Part shown: piece by piece, positions 8,463 through 17,494 of the stretch
Position numbering within the stretch: position 1 is the first letter of the stretch
Layout: every line of letters starts with the position of its first letter
NCBI GenBank assembly: GCA_963701375.1
Contig: CAVOZT010000005.1
Location: 393,601-457,600 of the forward strand
DNA length: 64,000 bases
Direction: 5' to 3'
DNA from: an uncultured Acidimicrobiales bacterium
GTDB lineage: Bacteria; Actinomycetota; Acidimicrobiia; Acidimicrobiales; CAVXTF01
Translations under genes and position numbers: made by a program
Notes under the pieces: model-generated
Database searches by the model: none
The model's input: only the letters and a program-made list of their open reading frames with translations
What the model was told of the DNA's origin: nothing

Positions 8463-10269
8463 ATGAAGGCCACGGTGGCTGACTTCATCCTCGAGCGTCT
8501 GCGAGGCTGGGGCGTCGAGCACGTGTTCGCATACCCCGGCGACGGCATCAACGGACTGCTCGCCGCTTGGGGTAGAGCTGACAACCAACCGGTGTTCGTA
8601 CAAGCCCGCCACGAAGAGATGGCTGCCTTTGAGGCAGTCGGATATTCCAAGTTCTCCGGCAAGGTCGGAGTTTGCGCGGCGACGTCTGGGCCCGGGGCGA
8701 TTCACCTTCTGAACGGTCTCTACGACGCACTCCTCGACCATGTTCCTGTTGTGGCCATCGTGGGCCAAACAAGTCGCTCTGCCATGGGCGGCTCCTACCA
8801 GCAAGAAGTGGACCTGCTGAGCTTGTTCAAGGACGTCTGCCACTCGTACGTGCAGGTGGTCACCGTTCCGCAACAGCTCCCGAACGTCCTCGACCGAGCC
8901 ATTCGGACTGCACATTCTCAGCACGCTCCCACGTGCATCATCGTCCCGTCGGACGTTCAAGAGCTCAAATACGAGCCGCCGGAGCATGCGTTCAAAATGG
9001 TGCCGTCGAGCATCGGTACATCGTGGCCACGGGTGACTCCAGACGACGCTGCAGTGGCTCGAGCTGCCGACATTCTCAACGCTGGTGAGCGTGTGGCAAT
9101 TTTGATCGGGCAAGGCGCTCGCGGAGCAGGAGAAGAAATCACCGCGCTTGCCGATCTTCTGGGCGCCGGCGTCGCCAAAGCTCTGCTCGGGAAAGACGTT
9201 CTCGCCGACAATCTTCCCTTCGTCACGGGTTCCATCGGCCTGCTCGGAACACGGCCGTCGTACGAACTCATGATGGCCTGCGACACCCTGCTCTCCGTCG
9301 GCACCAACTTCCCCTACACCCAATTCATGCCCGAACTCGAACAAGCACGCGCCATTCAAGTCGACATTGACGGCAGTCGTATCGGTATGCGCTACCCGTA
9401 CGAGTTGAACATCGTCGGCGACGCGGAAGCGACCCTGCAGGCCCTTCTCCCTCTCGTCACACGCAAATCGGACCGAAGTTGGCGTGATCGCATCGAAGGC
9501 AGCATCGGTCATTGGCGAAACACCGTCGAACGCCAAGCCATGACCGACAGCGGCCGAGCAGACACCGTGAATCCAATGCGACTGGTCTGGGAACTCAGTC
9601 AACACGCTCCGTCCAACGCCATCATCTGTGCCGACTCCGGGTCCGCCGCCAACTGGTACGCACGCCATCTGTCGATGCGCGACGAGATGCGTGGCTCACT
9701 GTCAGGTACCTTGGCCACAATGGGGCCGGGCGTCCCCTACGCAATCGGCGCGAAGTTTGCACATCCTGATCGGCCGGTCATCGCTCTCGTCGGTGATGGC
9801 GCGATGCAAATGAACGGGATGGCCGAGCTCATCACCGTCGCCCGGTATTGGCGAGGTTGGGACGACCCGCGACTGGTAGTCGCCGTCCTTCACAACAACG
9901 ACCTCAACCAGGTCACGTGGGAGATGCGCGCCATGGAAGGCGCCCCCAAATTCGTCGAGTCCCAAACTCTTCCCGACGTCGACTACGCCGGATTCGCAAC
10001 CAGCCTGGGGCTCAGCGTCGCTCATGATCACTGAACACGAGAAACTCGAATCTGCCTGGAAAGAAGCGTTCTCTGCCGACCGCCCCACTGTCCTTGACGT
10101 GCATACCGACCCTGACGTCCCCCCAATCCCGCCGCATGCCGACTTCGAACAGGTCAAGAGCATGACAAAGGCGCTGATTGCCGGCGACGAGGATGCGTGG
10201 GGTGTCATACGCACCGGGGTCAAGCAGAAGGTTCAGGAATTCTTGCCTGGCCAGAAGGGGTCGTCATGA
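8463..10269 (+). pseudogene. thiamine-diphosphate enzyme, pyruvate oxidase/dehydrogenase (PoxB)-like, frameshifted near 10015-10025
   Basis: ORF 8463..10034 (MKATVADFILERLRGWGVEHVFAYPGDGINGLL...GDGAMQMNG) stops at ...SLGLSVAHDH*. ORF 10024..10269 in the next frame carries the expected C-terminus: ITEHEKLESAWKEAFSADRPTVLDVHTDPDVPPIPPHADFEQ. Confidence 0.8.
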
Positions 10270-10730
10270 ATCCACTCTTCCGCAGAACACCGCCCGGGGA
10301 ACTGAGCTCCGCAATCGAGAACATCCGAACCGGACGATTCGAACGCTCACTGGCGGCGCTTGCAGCCGCAGGAGCGGCAGTCACCACAGGCGAGATTTTT
10401 ATGTCCCACGACAGCGCCAGTTTCGGGAACAAGATGATGTGGGTCCCAATCGTCGTCGTGCCGACTGTCATACCTGCGGGAATCGCTTCGGTGTTCAGTC
10501 GCAAAGCGGCGAAAACCGTCCTCCCGCTTGCCTCTGCACTCGTGGTCGCCAACGGTCTGCAAGGAACGTATCTCCATTTCCGCGGCGCACTGCAGAAACC
10601 CGGTGGGCGCAAAAACTTGCGCTACAACCTGGAAATGGGCCCCCCAGTCTTCGCTCCCCTTCTCGCCGCAGTGGTCGGGGGCATGGGACTCCTCGCATCG
10701 CTCTTGCGTCGGGAGGGCTCCAACGACTGA
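10266..10730 (+). CDS. hypothetical 4-TM membrane protein
   Basis: The ATG at 10266 overlaps the preceding stop (ATGA). Sequence MNPLFRRTPPGELSSAIENIRTGRFERSLAALAAAGAAVTTGEIF... has four hydrophobic helices. It is translationally coupled (TGATG) to the next gene. Confidence 0.55.
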   Translation: MNPLFRRTPPGELSSAIENIRTGRFERSLAALAAAGAAVTTGEIFMSHDSASFGNKMMWVPIVVVPTVIPAGIASVFSRKAAKTVLPLASALVVANGLQGTYLHFRGALQKPGGRKNLRYNLEMGPPVFAPLLAAVVGGMGLLASLLRREGSND

Positions 10731-11428
10731 TGCCATTCCTGACACCCCATCGGCGGGCAATCACGCCGGGAGGAAAAGGACGCTTTCCCGGCTTTGATGT
10801 GCTCGCCCAATCCGACAACTGGGATGAGGTCACAGCCGGGGTGGTTCTCGCTCGCCTCGACCCGCCTCATGAATTCAGCTTCTTCTCACCCCTCGAACAG
10901 GCGACGGCCGGCGCTCTCTTCGACCAGCTCCTGGCCCAGGACGACGATCCCAAGGTACCCGTCCTCGAACTCGTCGACCGCCGGCTTGCCCTCGATGAAA
11001 CCGATGGCTGGTTCTATGCCGACATGCCCGAGGACAAAGAGGCCTGGCGCCTGACTTTGAAGATGCTCGATGACGATGCCAACGAGACATACGAAGCTCC
11101 GTTCCACCGTCTCCGGGTGGACCAGCAGGGCTGCCTGATCCAAAAGGTGCAGGATGCCGACTCCTGGCACGACTTGAAGGCAGACCATGTCTGGTCGTTG
11201 TGGACTCGATACGCATGCGCAGCTTTTTACTCACACCCCTGGGCGTGGAACGAAATCGGCTTTGGCGGACCCGCCTACCCGCGCGGCTACCGGACACTCG
11301 GCGTCGACGGCCTCGAGCCATGGGAGGTCCGTGACCAAGCTAACAACGATCCCGTACCCTGGGCCGAGCGCGTCGAAGAAGCGAAACACCTTCACGAAGA
11401 GATCGCTGGAGGATCGAACGGTCGCTGA
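10730..11428 (+). CDS. gluconate 2-dehydrogenase subunit 3 (small subunit) family protein
   Basis: In-frame ATG at 10730 inside ORF 10178..11428. Sequence: MPFLTPHRRAITPGGKGRFPGFDVLAQSDNWDEVTAGVVLARL...AFYSHPWAWNEIGFGGPAYPRGY. It sits directly upstream of the GMC flavoprotein, as in FAD-type gluconate dehydrogenases. No hydrophobic Tat/Sec signal is visible. Confidence 0.6.
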   Translation: MPFLTPHRRAITPGGKGRFPGFDVLAQSDNWDEVTAGVVLARLDPPHEFSFFSPLEQATAGALFDQLLAQDDDPKVPVLELVDRRLALDETDGWFYADMPEDKEAWRLTLKMLDDDANETYEAPFHRLRVDQQGCLIQKVQDADSWHDLKADHVWSLWTRYACAAFYSHPWAWNEIGFGGPAYPRGYRTLGVDGLEPWEVRDQANNDPVPWAERVEEAKHLHEEIAGGSNGR

Positions 11429-13056
11429 TGGCACGTCGCTGGTCTGATCGATCCATCCGCCGGCGCAACGAGTCCGCTTGGCTGCTTCCTTCGGACCAAG
11501 CGCGGAGCAATCACCGCCTGCGCAACGACATGCGCACCTTCGACGACGACGATGAACTTGATATGGTCGTCGTCGGTTGTGGTGCAGGCGGAGGGACCTT
11601 GCTCCAACGCCTTGCTCGCGCCGGGTGGCGAGTGGCAGCACTGGACGCTGGACCTTTCTGGGATCCCGATGCCGACTGGGTCAGCGATGAGCTGGGTTCA
11701 CACCGGCTGTACTGGACCGAGCCGCGAGTGATCACTGGCGACGATCCAGTGCCCCTCGGATCCAACAACTCAGGCTGTGGAGTCGGCGGGTCCATGGTCC
11801 ACTTCGCAGGCTACGTTCCTCGCTTCCATCCCTCCGACTTCCAGACCTACTCACTGGATGGTGTTGGCGCGGACTGGCCAATCTCCTACGAGGACATCCG
11901 ACCCTATTACGAGCACATTGAAGAGGAACTTCCGGTTTCGGGCCAGCCCTGGCCGTGGGGAGACCCTCACTCTTATCGGTATCACGCTCAACCGCTCAGT
12001 GGAAACGGGGAGATCCTTCTACGCGGTGCCCTGAAAGCTGGTATCGAGGCTCGAGTCGGCCCTGTCGCCATCGCCAATGGACGATTTGGTAATCGGGACC
12101 ACTGCATCTACCGGGGCTTTTGCCTCCAAGGATGCAAGGTCAACGCGAAGGCGTCCCCGCTAATCACGCACATTCCCGATGCACTCGCCCATGGTGCCGA
12201 GGTCCGGCCGCACGCGATGGTCTCGAAAATCGTCCTCGACCAGAACGGCCGAGCTTCTGGTATCGAATACTTTCGCGATGGCGTTCCACGTTTCCAAAGG
12301 GCTCGCATGATCGCTGTCGCCGGCTACTCGATCGAGAGCCCCCGCTTGCTCCTTCTCTCAGGATGCGACCGCTTTCCCGACGGGTTGTGCAATGACTTCG
12401 ATCAAGTCGGGCGCTACCTCATGGTGCAGGGTGCACCACAGACGGCCGGTCGATTTTCCGAAGAGATACGGATGTTCAAGGCACCGCCTCCAGAAGTCAG
12501 CAGTGAACAGTTCTACGAGACTGATCCAACGAAGGATTACAAGCGCGGATATTCCGTTCAGAACATCTCGCCGCTTCCCATCACCTATGCCGAGCACATC
12601 ACGGCGCAGGGCCACTGGGGGAAAGTCCTGCGGGAGTACATGCGCGACTACGTCCACTGGGCGACCCTGGGATCACTGTGCGAGTTTCTACCGTTCGCTG
12701 ACAACAGGGTCACCCTCGCCGACAAGCAGGATCGCTTCGGCCTCCCCGTGGCCTGTTTCTCTTACACCCAGTGTGACAATGATCGAAAACTGATGCGGGC
12801 GGCTCAGGCGACCATGGAGACCATTCTCCATGCCGCCGGTGCAGAGGAACTCATCACTGTCGATCGCTATGCTCACCTGCTTGGGGGCTGTCGTATGGCG
12901 ACATCAGAAACGAATGGAGTTGTCGATCGGAACCTGCGCTCCTTTGCGATCGACAACCTGTTCATTACCGATGGAAGCGTCCTGCCGACCCAGGGAGCGG
13001 CTAACCCAGCGCTCACCATCATGGCTCTGGCAGCGCGCGCGCCTCTGACTTCCTGA
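11428..13056 (+). CDS. GMC family FAD oxidoreductase (gluconate 2-dehydrogenase flavoprotein-like); last ~14 codons out of frame
   Basis: DMVVVGCGAGGGTLLQRLARAGWRVAALDAG is the FAD fold, and the C-terminus is ITDGSVLPTQGAANPALTIMALAARA. An alternative start is the ATG at 11530. After ...AARAPLTS* the +2 frame reads DFLIAGSKRGLAHD* (stop 13089-13091). This matches the paralog tail EHLIAGSRKGL, so a 3'-terminal frameshift is likely. Confidence 0.85.
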   Translation: MARRWSDRSIRRRNESAWLLPSDQARSNHRLRNDMRTFDDDDELDMVVVGCGAGGGTLLQRLARAGWRVAALDAGPFWDPDADWVSDELGSHRLYWTEPRVITGDDPVPLGSNNSGCGVGGSMVHFAGYVPRFHPSDFQTYSLDGVGADWPISYEDIRPYYEHIEEELPVSGQPWPWGDPHSYRYHAQPLSGNGEILLRGALKAGIEARVGPVAIANGRFGNRDHCIYRGFCLQGCKVNAKASPLITHIPDALAHGAEVRPHAMVSKIVLDQNGRASGIEYFRDGVPRFQRARMIAVAGYSIESPRLLLLSGCDRFPDGLCNDFDQVGRYLMVQGAPQTAGRFSEEIRMFKAPPPEVSSEQFYETDPTKDYKRGYSVQNISPLPITYAEHITAQGHWGKVLREYMRDYVHWATLGSLCEFLPFADNRVTLADKQDRFGLPVACFSYTQCDNDRKLMRAAQATMETILHAAGAEELITVDRYAHLLGGCRMATSETNGVVDRNLRSFAIDNLFITDGSVLPTQGAANPALTIMALAARAPLTS

Positions 13057-13287
13057 TCGCCGGTAGCAAACGTGGTCTCGCCCACGACTGACCATGGGAC
13101 CTCGACCCCCAACTACGCCAGTAGAAAAAGCTCTTTCCAAAGGGCCAGGGATCTTCCTCTGCTGTCCATGGCGAGTACGCCCCACTGATAGCTGACGAAC
13201 GGCGGAATCATTTCATCGATCCTGGTACGCTCCTTCGTCCCCATTGCGGACTACGCCGTCCTCGGCGATGGGCGCTCGATTGCGCTC

Positions 13288-15021
13288 GTGGCCCGTGACG
13301 GCCGGATCGATTGGTGGCCAGTGCCATTTCTTGACTCCCACCCCGTCTGCGCCGCACTTCTCGATCCCCCAGCGGGCGGCTTCTTGCTCCTGGCACCCAA
13401 CACTCCCTACGAGGTTGACCGCGCATATATTCCAGGGACCACTGTCTTGCACAGTACCTATCGCACCGCAGGGGGTGCGGTTGAGGTCGTTGACTCTCTG
13501 AATGTCGGTACTTCCGGCCCTCTGCCATGGACCGAGCTTGCGCGTCGAGTTCGTGGGTCTGAAGGCCAGGTCGAGATGACCTGGGAGTTTGTCCCGGGAA
13601 CGCGCTTCGGCGAAGCAGAACCTCGGTGTGAATGCCGTGCTGGCATTCCACTTGCTTTCATCGATGACGTCTGTCTCGCGGTGCTGACAGACCGCCTAGA
13701 GCAAGTCCAGATCGACACGGGCGCGATACGCGGCGAATTCTTGGTCAGAGCGGACGATGACGTCCTTCTCGCAATTGTTGCCAGCAGGAGCGAGCCGGTG
13801 TTCATTCCCCCCATTTCAACGATTAACGCACGGATCGAAAGGACAATCGCTACGTGGCGTAGATGGACCGAGCACATCGAACATAACGGGGACTGGGAAC
13901 ATTGGGTCGTGCGTTCGGCTCTGACTTTGAAGACCCTGCTTTGTGAACCCTCCGATGCCATTGCCGCTGCCGGCACAACCTCCCTCCCAGAACGAATCGG
14001 AGGTGACAAGAATTGGGACTACCGCTTTGCTTGGGTACGTGACTCGTCATTCACCGTCAACGCACTGATCAACCTCGAACTGCACGAGGAGGTTCACGCT
14101 GCGGTCTCCTGGCTTCTAGCTGCGATCAAACGCTCTCGCCCGGATTTACGTGTCTTCTACACCTTGGCGGGGACCGCCGCAGGGCCGTCGTCGACGCTCG
14201 ATGCTCCCGGATACCGAGGCAGCCAACCGGTACGGCGCGGCAACGACGCCGCACGCCAACGACAACTTGGAAACTATGGCGACCTGTTCGACACGATCTT
14301 TCGCTATACCGAATCCGGTCATCTCATCGACAAGGACAGCGCTCAGTGCCTGTGCGAACTCGCCGACCGCTGCTGCGAGAATTGGCGGAAGAAGGACTCC
14401 GGAATCTGGGAGCTGTCAAAACGCCGGCACTACACCATCTCCAAGATTGCCTGCTGGGTCGCTCTCGATCGAGCCACTCGTTTGGCTCGAGCAGGACAAC
14501 TGCCGCCTGACCAAGAACAGCGTTGGCAACGCGAAGCGGACGAGATCCACCAATGGATTCTCGAACACTGCTGGTCCGACACCCTCCATGCCTACACGTT
14601 CTATGCGGACAACGACCAACTCGACGCCTCGGTTCTGTTAGCGGGGCGAACAGGCTTCGATTGCGGCCCCCGTCTCTCGAGCACAATCGACGTCATCACC
14701 GACCAGCTCGGAATCCCAGGCACACCCCTCCTGTATCGCTACACCGGAATGGACCAAGAGGAGGGCGCATTTGTCGCCTGCACGTTCTGGGTCGTCGACG
14801 CTCTCGCACGGACCGGCCAGCTGGATCGAGCTCGCGACCTGATGAACCAGGCCGTAGCCATCTGCAATGAACTCGGCCTTCTCTCCGAACAGGTCGACCC
14901 CACTGACAACTCGTTCCTCGGAAACTTCCCCCAGGGCCTATCCCACCTATCTCTCATCAACGCTGCTGCGACGCTGTCGCGGGCCGGTTCGAGTACCGCA
15001 GCATCAGCCGTACTTTCGTAG
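13288..15021 (+). CDS. glycoside hydrolase family 15 (glucoamylase/trehalase-like)
   Basis: 577 aa. Contains DGRIDWWPVPFLDS, NWDYRFAWVRDSSF, VRRGNDAARQRQLGNYGDLFD, RHYTISKIACWVALDR, EEGAFVACTFWVVDAL and FPQGLSHLSLINAA. In-frame homology (VRSFVPIADYAVLGDGRSIALVA) extends upstream of the GTG at 13288; see the finding at 13192..13290. Confidence 0.85.
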   Translation: MARDGRIDWWPVPFLDSHPVCAALLDPPAGGFLLLAPNTPYEVDRAYIPGTTVLHSTYRTAGGAVEVVDSLNVGTSGPLPWTELARRVRGSEGQVEMTWEFVPGTRFGEAEPRCECRAGIPLAFIDDVCLAVLTDRLEQVQIDTGAIRGEFLVRADDDVLLAIVASRSEPVFIPPISTINARIERTIATWRRWTEHIEHNGDWEHWVVRSALTLKTLLCEPSDAIAAAGTTSLPERIGGDKNWDYRFAWVRDSSFTVNALINLELHEEVHAAVSWLLAAIKRSRPDLRVFYTLAGTAAGPSSTLDAPGYRGSQPVRRGNDAARQRQLGNYGDLFDTIFRYTESGHLIDKDSAQCLCELADRCCENWRKKDSGIWELSKRRHYTISKIACWVALDRATRLARAGQLPPDQEQRWQREADEIHQWILEHCWSDTLHAYTFYADNDQLDASVLLAGRTGFDCGPRLSSTIDVITDQLGIPGTPLLYRYTGMDQEEGAFVACTFWVVDALARTGQLDRARDLMNQAVAICNELGLLSEQVDPTDNSFLGNFPQGLSHLSLINAAATLSRAGSSTAASAVLS

Positions 15022-15048
15022 CCTCCTACCTGTTTCAAACACCCAGAG

Positions 15049-15573
15049 TTGGGCATCACGAACCGCATGCGGCGGACCTGCGCGCTCGCAACGTGGGCCT
15101 ACTTGTCCTGGATCCTGGTCACCTGGACATTCTCCCTTGAACAGCTCCTCTTTGGAGCGGTCGTCGCCATCCTCATCGCTTGCGCACTGTCCCCACTCGG
15201 AAATGCACAGGGGCCATGGTGGTTCTTGACTCCTCGACGTCTCGTCGCTTCACTCCGGCTGATCACGGTTGCCGCCGCCAAGGTTCTGGTCGCGAATCTC
15301 AGCCTGGCCAGGCGGATCTGGTCACCACGTCGCCCCCTTCAAAGCGGAATGGTGATCGTTCCAACGCACGAACGCGGCGAAGGCTCTGTCGCCGCCGTCG
15401 GCATCATCACCTCACTCATCGTCGACAACCAGGTCACCGACATCGATCGCCGACGTCATCAATTGCAGTATCACGCCGTCTCGGTTCCTCCTGAGAACAG
15501 TCGGAAAGCGCGCCAAGCAATCAACGGCCCAGTTGAAGATCTCCTCGCCCACTTCGAAAAGCAGGACCCGTGA
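15049..15573 (+). CDS. mrpE: Na+/H+ antiporter subunit E (MrpE/MnhE; MbhA-like)
   Basis: 174 aa. The N-terminal TM pair is WAYLSWILVTWTFSLEQLLFGAVVAILIACAL. It is the first of six abutting or overlapping genes. Confidence 0.7.
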   Translation: MGITNRMRRTCALATWAYLSWILVTWTFSLEQLLFGAVVAILIACALSPLGNAQGPWWFLTPRRLVASLRLITVAAAKVLVANLSLARRIWSPRRPLQSGMVIVPTHERGEGSVAAVGIITSLIVDNQVTDIDRRRHQLQYHAVSVPPENSRKARQAINGPVEDLLAHFEKQDP

Positions 15574-15830
15574 CAACCATCTATCTTGTGATCGCCATCG
15601 CTGAATTTTCACCGGTTGCGCTTCTCCTCGTGCGCATGGCCCGCGGTCCGACTGTCTCGGACCGCATCGTCGCCCTCAACACGATGTCGACCCAAGCGGC
15701 ACTGGCTGTCCTTTTCTTCGCGGCCTATGCAGATCGGACCATTGACTTGGACGTGGCGATCTGGCTCGCTTCGTTCAGCTACCTAGGCGCCATCATCTGG
15801 TCGCGGTACCTCGAGCGCGGTCTCCTCTGA
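15570..15830 (+). CDS. mrpF: monovalent cation/H+ antiporter subunit F (MrpF/MnhF)
   Basis: 86 aa, 3 TM. The motif is GPTVSDRIVALNTMSTQAALAVLFFA. Its start overlaps the mrpE stop. Confidence 0.75.
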   Translation: MTTIYLVIAIAEFSPVALLLVRMARGPTVSDRIVALNTMSTQAALAVLFFAAYADRTIDLDVAIWLASFSYLGAIIWSRYLERGLL

Positions 15831-16174
15831 TGACCGCAGCCTTCGTCATCGCCCTTGCGACCATCGGATTCGGTTTCTCACTCTCTGGTGCCGTCGGAAT
15901 CCTGCGCATGCCCGACGTCTACTGCCGCATCCAATGCTCCAGCAAGACCATCACCATGGGAGCCATCCCCGCTCTAATCGCTCTCGTCATCGGTGAAGGA
16001 CCGATCTCCTCCTACGGCAGCCGAGCTCTGATCGTCGCCACTCTGTTGGTGATCCTGAGCCCGACCGCTTCCCACGCACTCGCCCGCGCTGCTTACAAAA
16101 CCCGCGTTCCGATGTGGGACGGCGCCGTGCGCGACGAGCCAGCGCAACGTGACATCGCACAAAAATCCTCATGA
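15830..16174 (+). CDS. mrpG: monovalent cation/H+ antiporter subunit G (MrpG/MnhG)
   Basis: 114 aa. GILRMPDVYCRIQCSSKTITMGAIPALIAL matches the MnhG signature (RxPDxYxRxH/QxxxK). Confidence 0.8.
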   Translation: MTAAFVIALATIGFGFSLSGAVGILRMPDVYCRIQCSSKTITMGAIPALIALVIGEGPISSYGSRALIVATLLVILSPTASHALARAAYKTRVPMWDGAVRDEPAQRDIAQKSS

Positions 16175-16464
16175 CCGGCTTTTGGATCCTCGACTTTGCC
16201 TGCCTTGCAGCCATCCTGATCTGCGCCATATTCGTCGTGCGCCTGCGAAATCTCAACGCCTGCGTCATGGCGCTCTCGGGGATGGGGACCCTCCTCTCAC
16301 TGCTCTTCGTCATCCTCGGGGCACCCGACGACGCACACTCCGAAGTCGTCGTGGGAGCCATCGCACTACCCACCCTGTACCTCATCGCCATCGGCAAGAC
16401 GCGCACTAGCGTCTCGGACTCCGGCCAGCTTGGCGAGGACTCCACTTCTTCACCGCACGAATGA
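16171..16464 (+). CDS. DUF4040 protein (MrpA C-terminal / MbhD-like)
   Basis: 97 aa, 3 TM. Contains LGAPDDAHSEVVVGAIALPTLYLIAIGKT (APDVALTE-type motif). Confidence 0.7.
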   Translation: MTGFWILDFACLAAILICAIFVVRLRNLNACVMALSGMGTLLSLLFVILGAPDDAHSEVVVGAIALPTLYLIAIGKTRTSVSDSGQLGEDSTSSPHE

Positions 16465-16477
16465 AGATGAGTTCTGC

Positions 16478-17494
16478 ATGAGCGCCGATCCACCAATCCG
16501 TGCCGAGCGCTCGGAAGAGGAAGCCATCCACCGACCCGTCCTTGGCGCTATCATCGCCGCCTGCTTTGGCGCGCTGCTCGTTGTCGCAGCCGTCCATCTT
16601 CCACACGACGAAGCTCCGCTTCCCGCCATCGCTCGCTATGCCATGGAGGTCGCCCTCCCCAAGTGGGGGATCACTGAGCCAGTCAACGAAGTCGTCTATG
16701 GAACCCGAGGCTTCGACACATTTGGCGAGACATTTCTGCTCCTCGCCGCCGTGATCTGCGTCGTCATGCTCGCACGTCGCCGCGAGCCACGTGATGGATT
16801 CATCGGTGAAGAAGCAGCCGGCTCACGTGAACAAACCGAGGATGACCCTTCCTCGACATCCGGCTCCGCCGCCGCCCGTCGCGCCGAGAAAGAAGAGGAA
16901 GACGACGACCGCACCGACCGAGCGACGGGTCGTTCTCTTCCCGACTTCGAACTTCTGGGAACTCCCGCCCCCGAGGACGCACAAGCCATGTCAGTCATCG
17001 TCCGGGTCGCCACCAGACTGGTCAGTCCACTCCTCGCCACCATGGGCGTGTATCTCGTTGCCTGGGGTTACTCGCCGGGGGGCGGCTTCCCTGCCGGCGC
17101 CGTGATTGCTGGGATCATCCTCCTCGCCTACGCCGCATTCGGATATCGACGTGTCTCCCGACTTGTTCAACCGACGATTTTCGAGATCCTCGAACTTGTC
17201 GGCGCCCTGGCCATCATTGCCTGTGAGACCCTCGGGTTGATTTTGAAGGGATCATTTGCGGCTAACTGGATTCCCCTCGCCGAGAGCCAAACCATTCCCA
17301 GTGGGGGAATCCTCCAGTTCTTCTCGGGAAGCGAATTCATCGAAGTCAGCACCGGACTGGTCCTTGTAATTTTCGCGATTCTCGGCATGGAGCATGACTG
17401 GACTCCCGATGACGAGAGTGCTGATGACAAGACCGCTAAGAAACAAAAGCCACCGGACAGTCCCTCGCGAGGATCGAAAGCTCACACAATATGA
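16478..17494 (+). CDS. mrpB: MnhB/MrpB domain protein (MbhE+MbhF-like) with an internal acidic insert
   Basis: ATG at 16478 inside ORF 16430..17494. VVYGTRGFDTFGETFLLLAAVICVVMLAR is the MnhB motif. It is followed by a ~70-aa D/E-rich loop (EKEEEDDDRTDR) and further TM helices. Confidence 0.7.
   Translation: MSADPPIRAERSEEEAIHRPVLGAIIAACFGALLVVAAVHLPHDEAPLPAIARYAMEVALPKWGITEPVNEVVYGTRGFDTFGETFLLLAAVICVVMLARRREPRDGFIGEEAAGSREQTEDDPSSTSGSAAARRAEKEEEDDDRTDRATGRSLPDFELLGTPAPEDAQAMSVIVRVATRLVSPLLATMGVYLVAWGYSPGGGFPAGAVIAGIILLAYAAFGYRRVSRLVQPTIFEILELVGALAIIACETLGLILKGSFAANWIPLAESQTIPSGGILQFFSGSEFIEVSTGLVLVIFAILGMEHDWTPDDESADDKTAKKQKPPDSPSRGSKAHTI

Noticed and set aside
8412-9668. Long antisense ORFs opposite well-supported genes (8412..9668 vs PoxB-like; 26241..27263 vs P450; 29534..31620 vs kdpB; 32092..33009 vs kdpA; 49973..50908 vs GDH).
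   Set aside because: These are typical high-GC shadow ORFs. They have no recognisable motifs, are Arg/Gly/Pro-rich, and the opposite strand carries complete, motif-bearing genes.
10178-10729. The N-terminal extension of ORF 10178..11428, and likewise 50626..51207 of ORF 50626..52140.
   Set aside because: The extensions overlap upstream genes in other frames and are Arg-rich. Internal ATGs at 10730 and 51208 sit at TGATG or short-gap junctions and begin the homologous regions.
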